A model generated the notes under the pieces. That model was not told where the DNA came from. It made no database searches and saw nothing but the letters and a program-made list of their open reading frames with translations. The position numbers and the translations under genes are program-made. From a virus, in IMG/VR virus record IMGVR_UViG_3300031578_000005, positions 32,001-96,000 of that record: DNA of 64,000 nt, one strand, 5' to 3'. This document shows positions 11,210 through 20,034 of this stretch, piece after piece (position 1 is the first letter of the stretch; each line of letters opens with the position of its first letter).

Positions 11210-11301
11210 TCAACTGCTACGATAATATTACACAAAATTATACAATATTTAATAAAAATTAACAAAATTTTTCGTATTTTTACAAAAAATATACTATTTA
11301 T

Positions 11302-11517
11302 ATGAAAAGAAGAAATAAAATTATGGAAAATTTGAAGAACCAATCGTTGAAAGTTGTTCGTGTTGACAAACATGAATTTGAACTTGATAACGGGGATGTA
11401 TATCCGATACCTTTCGAATTGGATGTTGATGAAGATATTTCCGTTGAAGAATTTCAGAAGATTCTGGACTCTTCAAAAGAACTGATGCTAAAGATACTTG
11501 AACAGTCAAATGAATAA
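11302..11517 (+). CDS. small hypothetical protein inside the IS
   Basis: 71 aa ORF overlapping tnpA start. Confidence 0.6.
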   Translation: MKRRNKIMENLKNQSLKVVRVDKHEFELDNGDVYPIPFELDVDEDISVEEFQKILDSSKELMLKILEQSNE

Positions 11518-12166
11518 GTTATTATCCATACAACAAGTATCTCTGACTCTTGGTGTCACCAAGAAAACATTAAGGATATGGGATAACGAAGGTAAACTCA
11601 TATCTGTTAAAACCGTTGGTGGACACCGTAAATACCGTGAGGAAGACATTAACAACTACATGGGTGAACACAGTGTCGAAGTTGTTATAACTGGTGTCGC
11701 CACATATAGTCGTGTCAGTTCACATGAACAGAAAACCAAAGGAGATTTGGACAGACAGTCTCAGAGGATTTCTGAATACTGTGCGAAGAAAAAATATAGT
11801 GTTGAACATATTATTAAAGATGTCGGGTCTGGACTTTCGGACACCCGTGTTGGTTTTGTTAAACTCGTGGATTTGGTTATTAAGAAAAAAATTAGTAAAA
11901 TTGTAATCGAAAACAAAGACCGTCTTACCAGATTTCAATTCAACCTGATTAAGACATTCTTTAACAGTTATGATGTTGAGCTGGAATGTGTGGACAATAA
12001 CAACATATCCAATGAGGAAGAATTCGTGAACGACATCATGATGCTCATGGCTTCGTTCTCTGGAAAACTTTACGGGAAGCGTAGCGTTAAGCGTAAAAAA
12101 GAATTGAAAGAAGAAAAATTGAAGTTACAACAATTAAAAGAGAAAAATGAACAACCAGTGGTTTGA
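11498..12166 (+). CDS. tnpA: IS607-family transposase (MerR HTH + serine recombinase)
   Basis: TLRIWDNEGK...GGHRKY HTH; YSRVSS, DVGSGL, KDRLTRF, ASFSGKLYG motifs. Confidence 0.93.
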   Translation: MNSQMNKLLSIQQVSLTLGVTKKTLRIWDNEGKLISVKTVGGHRKYREEDINNYMGEHSVEVVITGVATYSRVSSHEQKTKGDLDRQSQRISEYCAKKKYSVEHIIKDVGSGLSDTRVGFVKLVDLVIKKKISKIVIENKDRLTRFQFNLIKTFFNSYDVELECVDNNNISNEEEFVNDIMMLMASFSGKLYGKRSVKRKKELKEEKLKLQQLKEKNEQPVV

Positions 12167-14783
12167 AAGTAGAAATCTGAGAGTATTAACATACCAAGAT
12201 ACCGCAATTACTAAAGTACAGGAAAGTCTTGAACAGCGTGAGATAACTGTTCTCGCTGCCTGTCCGTCAGCAGGAAAAACTCTTATGACAATTTATATGA
12301 TGGAAGAATGGCTTCGTCAGAATCCCAATAGTAAAATAATGGTACTGGCTCACGGTACAACAATTCTCCGTACACAGTTTCATGATGTTCTCAAAGAGAC
12401 TAAACCAAATTTCACATACAACCTTGTTGAGAAATTCACTCAGTATGATGTTACCGCAGATGTCAATATTTGTTTACCTCAGACTCTTGCAGGAAATGTC
12501 TTGGATAAGATTGACTTTCTCATAGTCGATGAAGCGCACCAATTTTACTTCGCTGAGAAGATGATGAAAGACATCATCAAACAGACCAAGCCGAAGAAAC
12601 AATTGCTTCTCACGGGTACACCATCACCATTCATCAGAAAAGGTTTTAAAATCATTCCTGTTACGCTCAACACGATATTTGATGAAGGTATGATTTCAGA
12701 CCTTTATGTTGAGATAGCAACATCATCGTACACCTTTGACCCGATGACTGACTTCAATCAAGATGATGAACTAAAACTTGGCGTTTATATAAAGGATTCT
12801 GAGACAAAGAAAACACTTGATGACCTTGTAAGTAAGATTGTTGAAAGGCTCAAAAGTATTAGAGGTAATGATTATCAGAACTTGCTTCCCGAATGGTTAC
12901 CCACATTAAAAAGACTACAAAAGACGATGATTGCTTGTAGGAGTCAACAACAGGCAATGCAAGTTAAACATTACTTTGACAAGATGGGTGTTAAATCAGC
13001 ATTAAGCATATCAGACATTGATTATAACAGCAGTGAGATTGAAGTCTTCAAACAAGATGTTGATTGTCTTATTCTTATTGTAGTGGGTCGTGGTATACTT
13101 GGCTTTAATTATCCAGAACTTGTGAATGTTGTTGATATGACCACAAGTCAGAATGTTGATAGGATATATCAGTTGCTCTGTCGTGTTATCCGTAAACATC
13201 CCGAAGGTCAGAAGAAACTATTTTTCAAGGTTGCTCCGAATATTCATAGTGATTACTACAAATACATAATGACCGCAGTATTATCATTGTCAGATGAATC
13301 ATTTTTTACCAAGTTCAACGGGAAGAATTTCTCAGAAATGATTATTCCTATCATCAAAACAAAGAGAGAACATCACGAACCAAATAATGGTGGTGGTAAT
13401 GGTAAACCAAGACCGAAAACATTAAAACCAATTGACTTTGAGGGTTTACCAGTTTTCGAATTTTTCAAAGACCTTTATCATAAGAAGGATGCGTTGCTTC
13501 ATGTTTATGCATACACAACGGTAAGGGATGTACGAGCAGAATTTATGAATTTTAAACCAAGCGGTTATTGGACTTTTGAAAAATGTATGGAAAGTGCATC
13601 ACACTATATTAGTAGTGGAGATTGGTTTAAAAATGATTCGGGTGCATATACTGCTGCCATCGAAAAGAAATGGTTTGAAGCATGTACGAAACATATGTTA
13701 AATGTTAGAAAACCAAATGGTTTTTGGACAAAAGAAAAATGTATAGAAAGTGCATTAAAATATAAAACTAAAAACGAATGGAGAATACATAATAATAAAG
13801 CATTAAATGCTGCATTATTAAATAATTGGTACGATGAATGTACCAAACATATGGTGGATATGCATAATTCATGGACGAAAGAAAAGTGTATTGAGAGTGC
13901 GAAAAAACATAATAATAAAACCGCTTGGTTTAAAAATGACGGGAACGCCTACTCTGCTGCGAAAAATAATGGATGGTTCGAAGAATGCGTTACTCACATG
14001 GAAAAATTAACAGGATTTTGGACATTTGAAGCATGCAAAACAAGTGCTTTAAAATATAATACCGTTAAAGAATGGTTAAAAAATGAAAGTGGAGCATATC
14101 ATAAAGCCAGAAATAATAATTGGTTGGAAGAATGTTGTAGTCATATGTCACGATTAAACAGAAAACCATATACTAAAGAAGAATGTATTGAAAATGCGAA
14201 AAAATATACGAAATTATTCGATTGGAGAAAAGAGAATTGTAATTTATATGCTGCTGTATTAACCAACGGATGGCTGGAAGAATGCACATCACATATGACA
14301 AGATTGGTAAAAAAGCGTTGGACACTTGACACATGTAAAGTAAGTGCTCTCAAATATAATACAAGAAGAGAATGGTTTGATGGCGAAATGTCTGCATATA
14401 ACGCTGCTCGTATAAATAAATGGTTGGATGAATGTTGTCCACATATGACAAGAGAATCGTTTCCAAAAAATTACTGGACGAAAGATAAATGTTTAAAAAT
14501 TGTATTAAATTATCGAACATCCAAAGAATGGAAAATCGGTGATAATAAATCCTATACCGCAGCACAAAGATATGGATGGCTTAATGAATGCACTAATCAC
14601 ATGAAAAATAATTTAAATAACAGCAATATGGAAAACGAAAAATTTGAACAAAGAAACTATGTTAAACCTGCTTGGCAGCCAACTGAAAAGGAAATGGCAC
14701 AGGAGAAACAAATCATTACAAACGAACCAACACCCGAACCTGCTCCAGTAACAACAGAAGGTGATAATACAAACAACGAGTAA
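12147..14783 (+). CDS. SF2 DEAH-box helicase with C-terminal ~50 aa Trp/Cys repeats
   Basis: PSAGKT, VDEAH, LTGTP, YQLLCRVIR; about eight WTKEKC..SAKKY...W...C..HM repeats. Confidence 0.85.
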   Translation: MNNQWFESRNLRVLTYQDTAITKVQESLEQREITVLAACPSAGKTLMTIYMMEEWLRQNPNSKIMVLAHGTTILRTQFHDVLKETKPNFTYNLVEKFTQYDVTADVNICLPQTLAGNVLDKIDFLIVDEAHQFYFAEKMMKDIIKQTKPKKQLLLTGTPSPFIRKGFKIIPVTLNTIFDEGMISDLYVEIATSSYTFDPMTDFNQDDELKLGVYIKDSETKKTLDDLVSKIVERLKSIRGNDYQNLLPEWLPTLKRLQKTMIACRSQQQAMQVKHYFDKMGVKSALSISDIDYNSSEIEVFKQDVDCLILIVVGRGILGFNYPELVNVVDMTTSQNVDRIYQLLCRVIRKHPEGQKKLFFKVAPNIHSDYYKYIMTAVLSLSDESFFTKFNGKNFSEMIIPIIKTKREHHEPNNGGGNGKPRPKTLKPIDFEGLPVFEFFKDLYHKKDALLHVYAYTTVRDVRAEFMNFKPSGYWTFEKCMESASHYISSGDWFKNDSGAYTAAIEKKWFEACTKHMLNVRKPNGFWTKEKCIESALKYKTKNEWRIHNNKALNAALLNNWYDECTKHMVDMHNSWTKEKCIESAKKHNNKTAWFKNDGNAYSAAKNNGWFEECVTHMEKLTGFWTFEACKTSALKYNTVKEWLKNESGAYHKARNNNWLEECCSHMSRLNRKPYTKEECIENAKKYTKLFDWRKENCNLYAAVLTNGWLEECTSHMTRLVKKRWTLDTCKVSALKYNTRREWFDGEMSAYNAARINKWLDECCPHMTRESFPKNYWTKDKCLKIVLNYRTSKEWKIGDNKSYTAAQRYGWLNECTNHMKNNLNNSNMENEKFEQRNYVKPAWQPTEKEMAQEKQIITNEPTPEPAPVTTEGDNTNNE

Positions 14784-14785
14784 CA

Positions 14786-15922
14786 ATGAAACTAATCAGG
14801 TCAACTAAATGTAGTCTGAAGTTCGCTACTGCGAAGAAAAAGAATGATTTACTAACTATCTTGAGTGAATACTCAAAGGTGGTTAATATCTTCATTGACT
14901 ATTTCTGGTTGAATTCTGATAAAGCAACAAAAGGAGAACTTCTTAAACCCGTTGTGGATTTACCACAAGACTCATGGTTGTCGGCTCGACTGAGAAAAGT
15001 TGCAGCAAGAGAAGCAATCGACATGATTAATGCCAGTAAGCAACGATGGAAAGAGAAAGCCGTTAAGCCATTACACAAAGGTCAGAGGATGTATGTTAGT
15101 TGTACCATTGCTGACCTTGTATCAACCAAAAACAATGGTTATAAAACCGAAGACAGCAGACTTTTTGATGCTTGGTTACACATAGCCAGTGTTGGTAATA
15201 AGATGATAATGGACTTGCCGATAAAATACCATAAGCACTTCAACAAATACAATAACATTGGTAGGAGACTGAATTCATATATCATTACCAAGAACTATGT
15301 GCAATTCAGTTTCGAGATAATTACCGAGACAAAGAAGGAAGGTAAACATTGTATCGGTATTGATACAGGTATAAACGCATTGGCAAGTCTTAATAATGGT
15401 AATCAGTATGGTAAGGACATCAAAGGTTGTATCGAGAGAGTTAAAAGATGCAAGCAGAAGTCCAATGGTTATTATGTAGCCAAGAGAGCATTGAAACAAA
15501 GGATTGATGAAACAGCAAAGGAAATATTAGTTAAAGAAACCCCAGATTTAATTGTTGTAGAGCAACTAAAGAAAATGGGATTTAAAAGTAAAGCCAAACG
15601 CTTGTTGGCTAAAAATATCAGGCGTTCTATCGGAACTTGGAATTGGAAGTATTGGTTGAAAAGGTTAGAAGCACAATGCGAGATTAACCGTGTTAGTTTT
15701 CGCAGTGTAGCACCTTATTACACCAGTACAACCTGTCCAATATGTGGTCATTCCGATAGGGGAAATCGACTCGGAGAAGTGTTCTTGTGTCTCAGTTGTG
15801 GTCACGGAGACAATGCAGATATAAATGCGGGTAAGAACATTTTGAATCGATTTCTCACGGGACAATACGGTGCTCGTTACAAGGAAATAAAGGATGTGCA
15901 AGTTTGTGCAGATTTATTTTAA
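14786..15922 (+). CDS. tnpB: TnpB RNA-guided nuclease
   Basis: RuvC GIDTG, VVEQL, NADINA; Zn finger CPICG...CLSCG. Confidence 0.92.
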   Translation: MKLIRSTKCSLKFATAKKKNDLLTILSEYSKVVNIFIDYFWLNSDKATKGELLKPVVDLPQDSWLSARLRKVAAREAIDMINASKQRWKEKAVKPLHKGQRMYVSCTIADLVSTKNNGYKTEDSRLFDAWLHIASVGNKMIMDLPIKYHKHFNKYNNIGRRLNSYIITKNYVQFSFEIITETKKEGKHCIGIDTGINALASLNNGNQYGKDIKGCIERVKRCKQKSNGYYVAKRALKQRIDETAKEILVKETPDLIVVEQLKKMGFKSKAKRLLAKNIRRSIGTWNWKYWLKRLEAQCEINRVSFRSVAPYYTSTTCPICGHSDRGNRLGEVFLCLSCGHGDNADINAGKNILNRFLTGQYGARYKEIKDVQVCADLF

Positions 15923-15925
15923 CGG

Positions 15926-16019
15926 TGGTGAAAGTTCATTAAATAGAATTTCAGGCATGAATGAAAATGTCATAAGAATAATCAATGAGGAAATATTAAA
16001 ATTTATTTATTATGAGTAA
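15926..16019 (+). pseudogene. 3' part of the interrupted gene (GESSLNRISGMNENVIRIINEEILKFIYYE*)
   Basis: in frame with the 10754 ORF after removing the IS. Confidence 0.75.
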
Positions 16020-16215
16020 ACTAACCGAAATATATGATGGGTGGAAAAATTTAACGTTTCCAAATCCAAACATCGAAAAACTCGCAAAAACAAGAATTGG
16101 GATTTGTGTCGATTGTGACAAATTAACAAGGAATAATACTTGTAAACTTTGTGGATGTTATATGCCAGCCAAAGTTCGCTCAAAACAAAGTAAATGTAAT
16201 TTAAATAAGTGGTGA
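16012..16215 (+). CDS. small Cys-rich Zn-binding protein
   Basis: CxxC...CxxCGC...C...KW pattern. Confidence 0.75.
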   Translation: MSKLTEIYDGWKNLTFPNPNIEKLAKTRIGICVDCDKLTRNNTCKLCGCYMPAKVRSKQSKCNLNKW

Positions 16216-16312
16216 TAGCTTATTAAGTTGAATAATAAGTACCTCTCGTTTCTTATCAATTATTTTACAAATTTTTTTTAATAATTCTTTTTTATTGTTC
16301 ATTATTAATTTG

Positions 16313-16927
16313 TTAGCAATATGGAATATTCTGAATATTATCTTTCATTTCAGGTGTTCTAATATCTAGATTGGTATGATTACTAATATAATCAGCGATA
16401 TACTCTCTAATAAAGAGTACTTTTATCTTATTTGGCGCAATCCTGAATGCTTTAAAATCAATTTCATCACCGTTTGTCGTATTTAGTGTAACATTAATAT
16501 CACCCCAATCAAAACTATTAAACCATTCATCATTTGTTTGTTGTGTATAGCTATCAGTACTGATATTATCTGATTCTTCTTTACCAATACTAATGTTATC
16601 ACTGTAAAAATCTAAATCAAACACAATTGGTTCCTTTTCTTGATCATATGAATATTCTATATTTAAAAAATATCTAATCGTTAATGTTGAAGTATCTTCA
16701 GGGGAATTCTCCCAATCGCCACCAATTGTGGATTCGGTTACATCGATTTTTATTTTATTTTGTTTATTTAATAATGAATCACATATGAATTGTTTCTGGA
16801 AATCTTCATTATTTAGTATATCAACAGATTCTTTTTCTTTCTGATACTTATCGTTATTTAAAAAATCAAAATCAGAAATTTCTTCATTAATAATCCTTAT
16901 AAAGTCCTTTTTTTGCATTGTACTCAA
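16313..16927 (-). CDS. hypothetical protein with IINEE leader (probable virion protein)
   Basis: 204 aa; late motif at ~16932. Confidence 0.7.
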   Translation of the reverse strand: MSTMQKKDFIRIINEEISDFDFLNNDKYQKEKESVDILNNEDFQKQFICDSLLNKQNKIKIDVTESTIGGDWENSPEDTSTLTIRYFLNIEYSYDQEKEPIVFDLDFYSDNISIGKEESDNISTDSYTQQTNDEWFNSFDWGDINVTLNTTNGDEIDFKAFRIAPNKIKVLFIREYIADYISNHTNLDIRTPEMKDNIQNIPYC

Positions 16928-17264
16928 TTTTAAATAAATACTGTTTATCTAATATAAATTTATGTTTTTTAATAAATTTTTTGTGATAATATTAATGCAT
17001 AGAGTATTTATTGGTATAGAATCATCGCTTAATATTGACATTAAGCTAAGTCTGAAAAAAGTCAGGAATGATTTTAAAAATTTATCGCCCGACAGTGGTT
17101 ATGTAAATTTTTAATACTTGACAAAAATGCATCAATACCAATGGTGCATTTTTTATGTGCAATTGGTATTTATATTAAAAATTAATTAATGTCCAAAAAC
17201 AATAAAAATAGATTATTGGAAATAATGAAGCTAGTTAATCCTTCATTTATTACCGAAGATTTTA

Positions 17265-17468
17265 ATGACAAGCCATTACCAACGAGCTGTGAAAAATTCA
17301 TCAGCAGTACAATACTCAAATTCACGTATAGATACTCCAGTTGAGTTCGAAGACGCATTTAAAGTATGGTTTAGCTCAACGGGTTTTCATCCAGAAAAAA
17401 GTAATTTAACCATATCACAAGCACAGGTATTTGTAAAAAAAGTCATGCAAGAATTGGGATATAAATAA
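17265..17468 (+). CDS. hypothetical protein
   Basis: 67 aa ORF. Confidence 0.45.
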   Translation: MTSHYQRAVKNSSAVQYSNSRIDTPVEFEDAFKVWFSSTGFHPEKSNLTISQAQVFVKKVMQELGYK

Positions 17469-17483
17469 TTATTTTAAAAATTA

Positions 17484-17527
17484 TTTGCAGTTATTGTAAC
17501 ATTTACTATCTTTGCTACGTATTTATA
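17484..17527 (+). promoter_or_regulatory. composite promoter of tRNA cluster 1
   Basis: TTTG-N19-TATCTTTG nested with TGTAAC-N17-CGTA and GTATTTATA. Confidence 0.75.
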
Positions 17528-17745
17528 AAAAGGAGTATAAATTCCATCCATTGTTTTTACGTGAATGGAATGTAAGCGGCAAATGCTAATCCTGATTGAG
17601 AATATACTAAAGTAAGGAATAATCATATTGTCGGGTTCAGGGATTGAATCCTACATTAAGCAAAAACGGGATGAGGCGTTGCCATTAGGTGAGTCTATGA
17701 CCCCCGAAGCCCAACCCGTCAGTTTTGCTGTGGGTGGTAGTTCAC
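17527..17745 (+). mobile_element. IS200/IS605-derived MITE (omega-RNA-like right end)
   Basis: ends GAAGCCCAACCC...GGGTGGTAGTTCAC; left part resembles 45357-45440. Confidence 0.7.
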
Positions 17746-17797
17746 AAAATGCAAGCCTATTATTTAGGCAGTTAATTAAATTGAAGAATTAGAAATT

Positions 17798-17872
17798 ATG
17801 AAAAATTTTACACATACTCAGCCCCAACCGCAACAACATCCACAAGAAGTTGAATGGGGAAAATATGTTTAA
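17798..17872 (+). CDS. leader peptide 1 MKNFTHTQPQPQQHPQEVEWGKYV
   Basis: 10 of codons 6-16 are Pro/Gln/His; GAATGGGG pairs with terminator 5' arm. Confidence 0.85.
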   Translation: MKNFTHTQPQPQQHPQEVEWGKYV

Positions 17873-17901
17873 AAATTTTAAGAATATTTTAAAATGAACA
17901 T

Positions 17902-17931
17902 AGACCCCATTCGAAAGAGTGGGGTTTTTTT
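17902..17931 (+). terminator. attenuator terminator 1
   Basis: ACCCCATTC-GAAA-GAGTGGGGT followed by T-run. Confidence 0.85.
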
Positions 17932-17984
17932 GTAACAAAAAATTTGATATTACGTATAGTTGTTCTTTGAAATATAATTTAAAA

Positions 17985-18058
17985 CTGGGAGTGGGAAAAT
18001 TGGTTAATCCGCTTGCCTTGGACGCAAGAGACTGCTGAATCGTACTCAGCCTCCCAGA
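17985..18058 (+). tRNA. tRNA-Pro(TGG)
   Basis: cloverleaf; CTTGC-ctTGGac-GCAAG; atypical T loop. Confidence 0.8.
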
Positions 18059-18067
18059 CAATTTTAT

Positions 18068-18156
18068 CGAGTAGTAGCTCTGTAGCTGGTAGCAGTCCCG
18101 TCTTGGAAACGGGTGGAATATAAAATCCCTCGCAGGTTCGAACCCTGCCTATTCGA
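18068..18156 (+). tRNA. tRNA-Pro(TGG), long variable region
   Basis: CCCGT-ctTGGaa-ACGGG; GGTTCGAACCC. Confidence 0.8.
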
Positions 18157-18214
18157 CTGGTAGTCAAAGAGTTATATTGATTTCTACTTTGACTGTAAAA
18201 AAATCCATATATAT

Positions 18215-18289
18215 GGTGGTATTAGTGTAGTGGTTAGCACGATACTCTGTGAAAGTATTAGCACCAGTTCAAATCTGGTATATCACCCC
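18215..18289 (+). tRNA. tRNA-His(GTG)
   Basis: ATACT-ctGTGaa-AGTAT; GTTCAAATC. Confidence 0.85.
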
Positions 18290-18295
18290 AAATAT

Positions 18296-18369
18296 TACTC
18301 TCTGGTGTAATTGGTTAACATTTTGGAATTTGACTCCAAAGATTGTAGGTTCAAGTCCTACGAGAGTAA
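18296..18369 (+). tRNA. tRNA-Gln(TTG)
   Basis: TTGGA-atTTGac-TCCAA; GGTTCAAGTCC. Confidence 0.85.
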
Positions 18370-18375
18370 CAATAT

Positions 18376-18458
18376 TGTCCTCTGGCAGAATGGCTATTGC
18401 ATCGCCCTTTGAAGGCGACACCCGAAACGGTTTACAGGTTCGAATCCTGTGAGGACTA
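18376..18458 (+). tRNA. tRNA-Gln(TTG) with long variable arm
   Basis: TCGCC-ctTTGaa-GGCGA; CCG-AAA-CGG variable stem. Confidence 0.75.
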
Positions 18459-18466
18459 CACTATAT

Positions 18467-18537
18467 TACCAAATGGTGTAATGGTAACACCCAATCCTCT
18501 GAAGGTTGTGTTCTTGGTTCGAATCCAAGTTTGGTTA
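18467..18537 (+). tRNA. tRNA-Gln(CTG)
   Basis: CAATC-ctCTGaa-GGTTG; GGTTCGAATCC. Confidence 0.85.
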
Positions 18538-18628
18538 CTAAGATAGTTGAATCAATTATTATGAATGCATAAGAATTATTAATGGGCTTAGAACTTGGAA
18601 TTAAATATTAATTCATTATATTTGCAAA

Positions 18629-18856
18629 ATGGAAGCAGAAGAATTAATAAAAAAAATAAAGAAGTTTGTCGAAGAACTTGATAATAACTTCGAATCAATA
18701 CTTATTCCAACTAAGTATGATCCTAATGATATACAGTATGATGTTTCTTTTATTATGATGGAGAAAGTCGAAGATGATAGAAGTACGCCAAGATTCATTG
18801 TAAATGTAACTGATTTAAATAAAGATGATAATGTCAAAACTAAGAGTGGGAAATAA
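18629..18856 (+). CDS. hypothetical protein
   Basis: 75 aa; TATATTTG promoter element just upstream. Confidence 0.6.
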   Translation: MEAEELIKKIKKFVEELDNNFESILIPTKYDPNDIQYDVSFIMMEKVEDDRSTPRFIVNVTDLNKDDNVKTKSGK

Positions 18857-18980
18857 AGAAAACGCTAAAATAAATGGTGAATGGGGCGACCATGTAAGAA
18901 AATGGGGCAAATTTTTCACAGCTAAATTACGTAGAAATATTGATAAACAAATAATTAAAAAAGAGTACGATGAATTATAA
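18831..18980 (+). CDS. small basic hypothetical protein (MSKLRVGNKE...)
   Basis: 49 aa ORF overlapping both neighbours; not in the ORF track. Confidence 0.5.
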   Translation: MSKLRVGNKENAKINGEWGDHVRKWGKFFTAKLRRNIDKQIIKKEYDEL

Positions 18981-19377
18981 TTTATTCTTAGATGATATAA
19001 GAGTTCCTAGAAATGTATACTCATATATACATAATCCCATATACGCTATGGATGAGTGGATAATTGTTCGAAACTATGATGATTTTGTAAAATACATTGA
19101 AAAAAATGGTATGCCCGAAAAAATTTCTTTTGATCATGATTTATCAGCAGAACATTATGACCCGGACTTATATGGTAGTGAAACATATGATGAAGTATAT
19201 GATCAATTTGAAGAAAAAACCGGATATGATTGTGCTAAATGGCTCATTAATTACTGTATTGAAAATAAATTAGATTTGCCCAATGAAATCCTAATTCACT
19301 CGATGAATATTACCGGTGGGTTGAACATCAAATCATTATTTGATACTTACAATAAATCATTAAAAGTAAATTCGTGA
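18970..19377 (+). CDS. cyclic-phosphate-processing receiver-like domain protein
   Basis: LFLDDIR...VRNYDDF...ISFDHDL...TGYD...IHSMN pattern. Confidence 0.7.
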   Translation: MNYNLFLDDIRVPRNVYSYIHNPIYAMDEWIIVRNYDDFVKYIEKNGMPEKISFDHDLSAEHYDPDLYGSETYDEVYDQFEEKTGYDCAKWLINYCIENKLDLPNEILIHSMNITGGLNIKSLFDTYNKSLKVNS

Positions 19378-19488
19378 TTTGCAAATTGCAAATTATTATG
19401 TGTTGAGATTATAAGTACTAAAATTTATTACTAGAACATATTAATAATCAACAACATATAAATTAAACTAAAAATAATTTAAAAAAAG

Positions 19489-19530
19489 TTTGCAGATATT
19501 GTAACATTTACTAACTTTGTTGCGTATTTA
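19489..19530 (+). promoter_or_regulatory. composite promoter of tRNA cluster 2
   Basis: TTTG-N19-TAACTTTG + TGTAAC-N17-CGTA + GTATTTA. Confidence 0.78.
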
Positions 19531-19576
19531 GATAAAACGAATTAAGAATTTTTGAATAATTAAATAAATAATACAA

Positions 19577-19666
19577 ATGAAAAATTTACTCGACATATTG
19601 ATGGTAGTCTTAGCAGTTGACCTATTATGGGCAGATGCAGAGGATAAACTATGTTTAGTCGGGTAA
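19577..19666 (+). CDS. leader peptide 2 MKNLLDILMVVLAVDLLWADAEDKLCLVG
   Basis: 23 of 26 codons after MKN are L/V/D/A/E/W/G/M; GTCGGGT pairs with terminator 5' arm. Confidence 0.85.
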   Translation: MKNLLDILMVVLAVDLLWADAEDKLCLVG

Positions 19667-19693
19667 TGAAAAATTACACTCCTTTCTTAATTG

Positions 19694-19727
19694 AAAAACC
19701 CGACAACTAAAAATGGTCGGGTTTTTT
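19694..19727 (+). terminator. attenuator terminator 2
   Basis: AAAAACCCGAC...GTCGGGTTTTTT. Confidence 0.85.
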
Positions 19728-19807
19728 GTTTTTATAGAAAGGATGTTCTTTGACATGTTGGAAATTTAAAAATAATTGGAGTGGGTTTGTAATCCACTCC
19801 TAAATAA

Positions 19808-19879
19808 CGACTGCGTAGTATAATGGCTAGTATTTCTCACTGTCTATGAGAGGGCGGGGTTCGAATCCCACGTAGTCGG
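19808..19879 (+). tRNA. tRNA-Asp(GTC)
   Basis: TCTCA-ctGTCta-TGAGA; GGTTCGAATCC. Confidence 0.85.
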
Positions 19880-19882
19880 CAT

Positions 19883-19956
19883 GGTGCGTTTGGCAAGTTG
19901 GTTAAGCCGTAAGACCTTCAATTTTACATTCATGGGTTCGAGTCCCATACGCACTA
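19883..19956 (+). tRNA. tRNA-Glu(TTC)
   Basis: TAAGA-ccTTCaa-TTTTA; GGTTCGAGTCC. Confidence 0.8.
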
Positions 19957-19962
19957 CGATAT

Positions 19963-20034
19963 GTTCGGTTCGAATAATGGTCAGTTCACAAAATTTTCAA
20001 TTTTGTTATAGCGGTTCAAATCCGCTACCGAGTA
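19963..20034 (+). tRNA. tRNA-Glu(TTC)
   Basis: CAAAA-ttTTCaa-TTTTG; GGTTCAAATCC. Confidence 0.8.

Larger units (their letters stand above)
11204..15925 (+). mobile_element. IS607-family element with cargo (small ORF, tnpA, helicase, tnpB)
   Basis: GG at both junctions (gagGGttaa / ttaacGGtggt); excision restores the flanking reading frame. Confidence 0.88.

Noticed and set aside
11204-15925. IStron (group I intron-masked IS607)
   Set aside because: Only ~100 AT-rich bases precede the first ORF, too little for a group I core, and the host gene looks further degraded.
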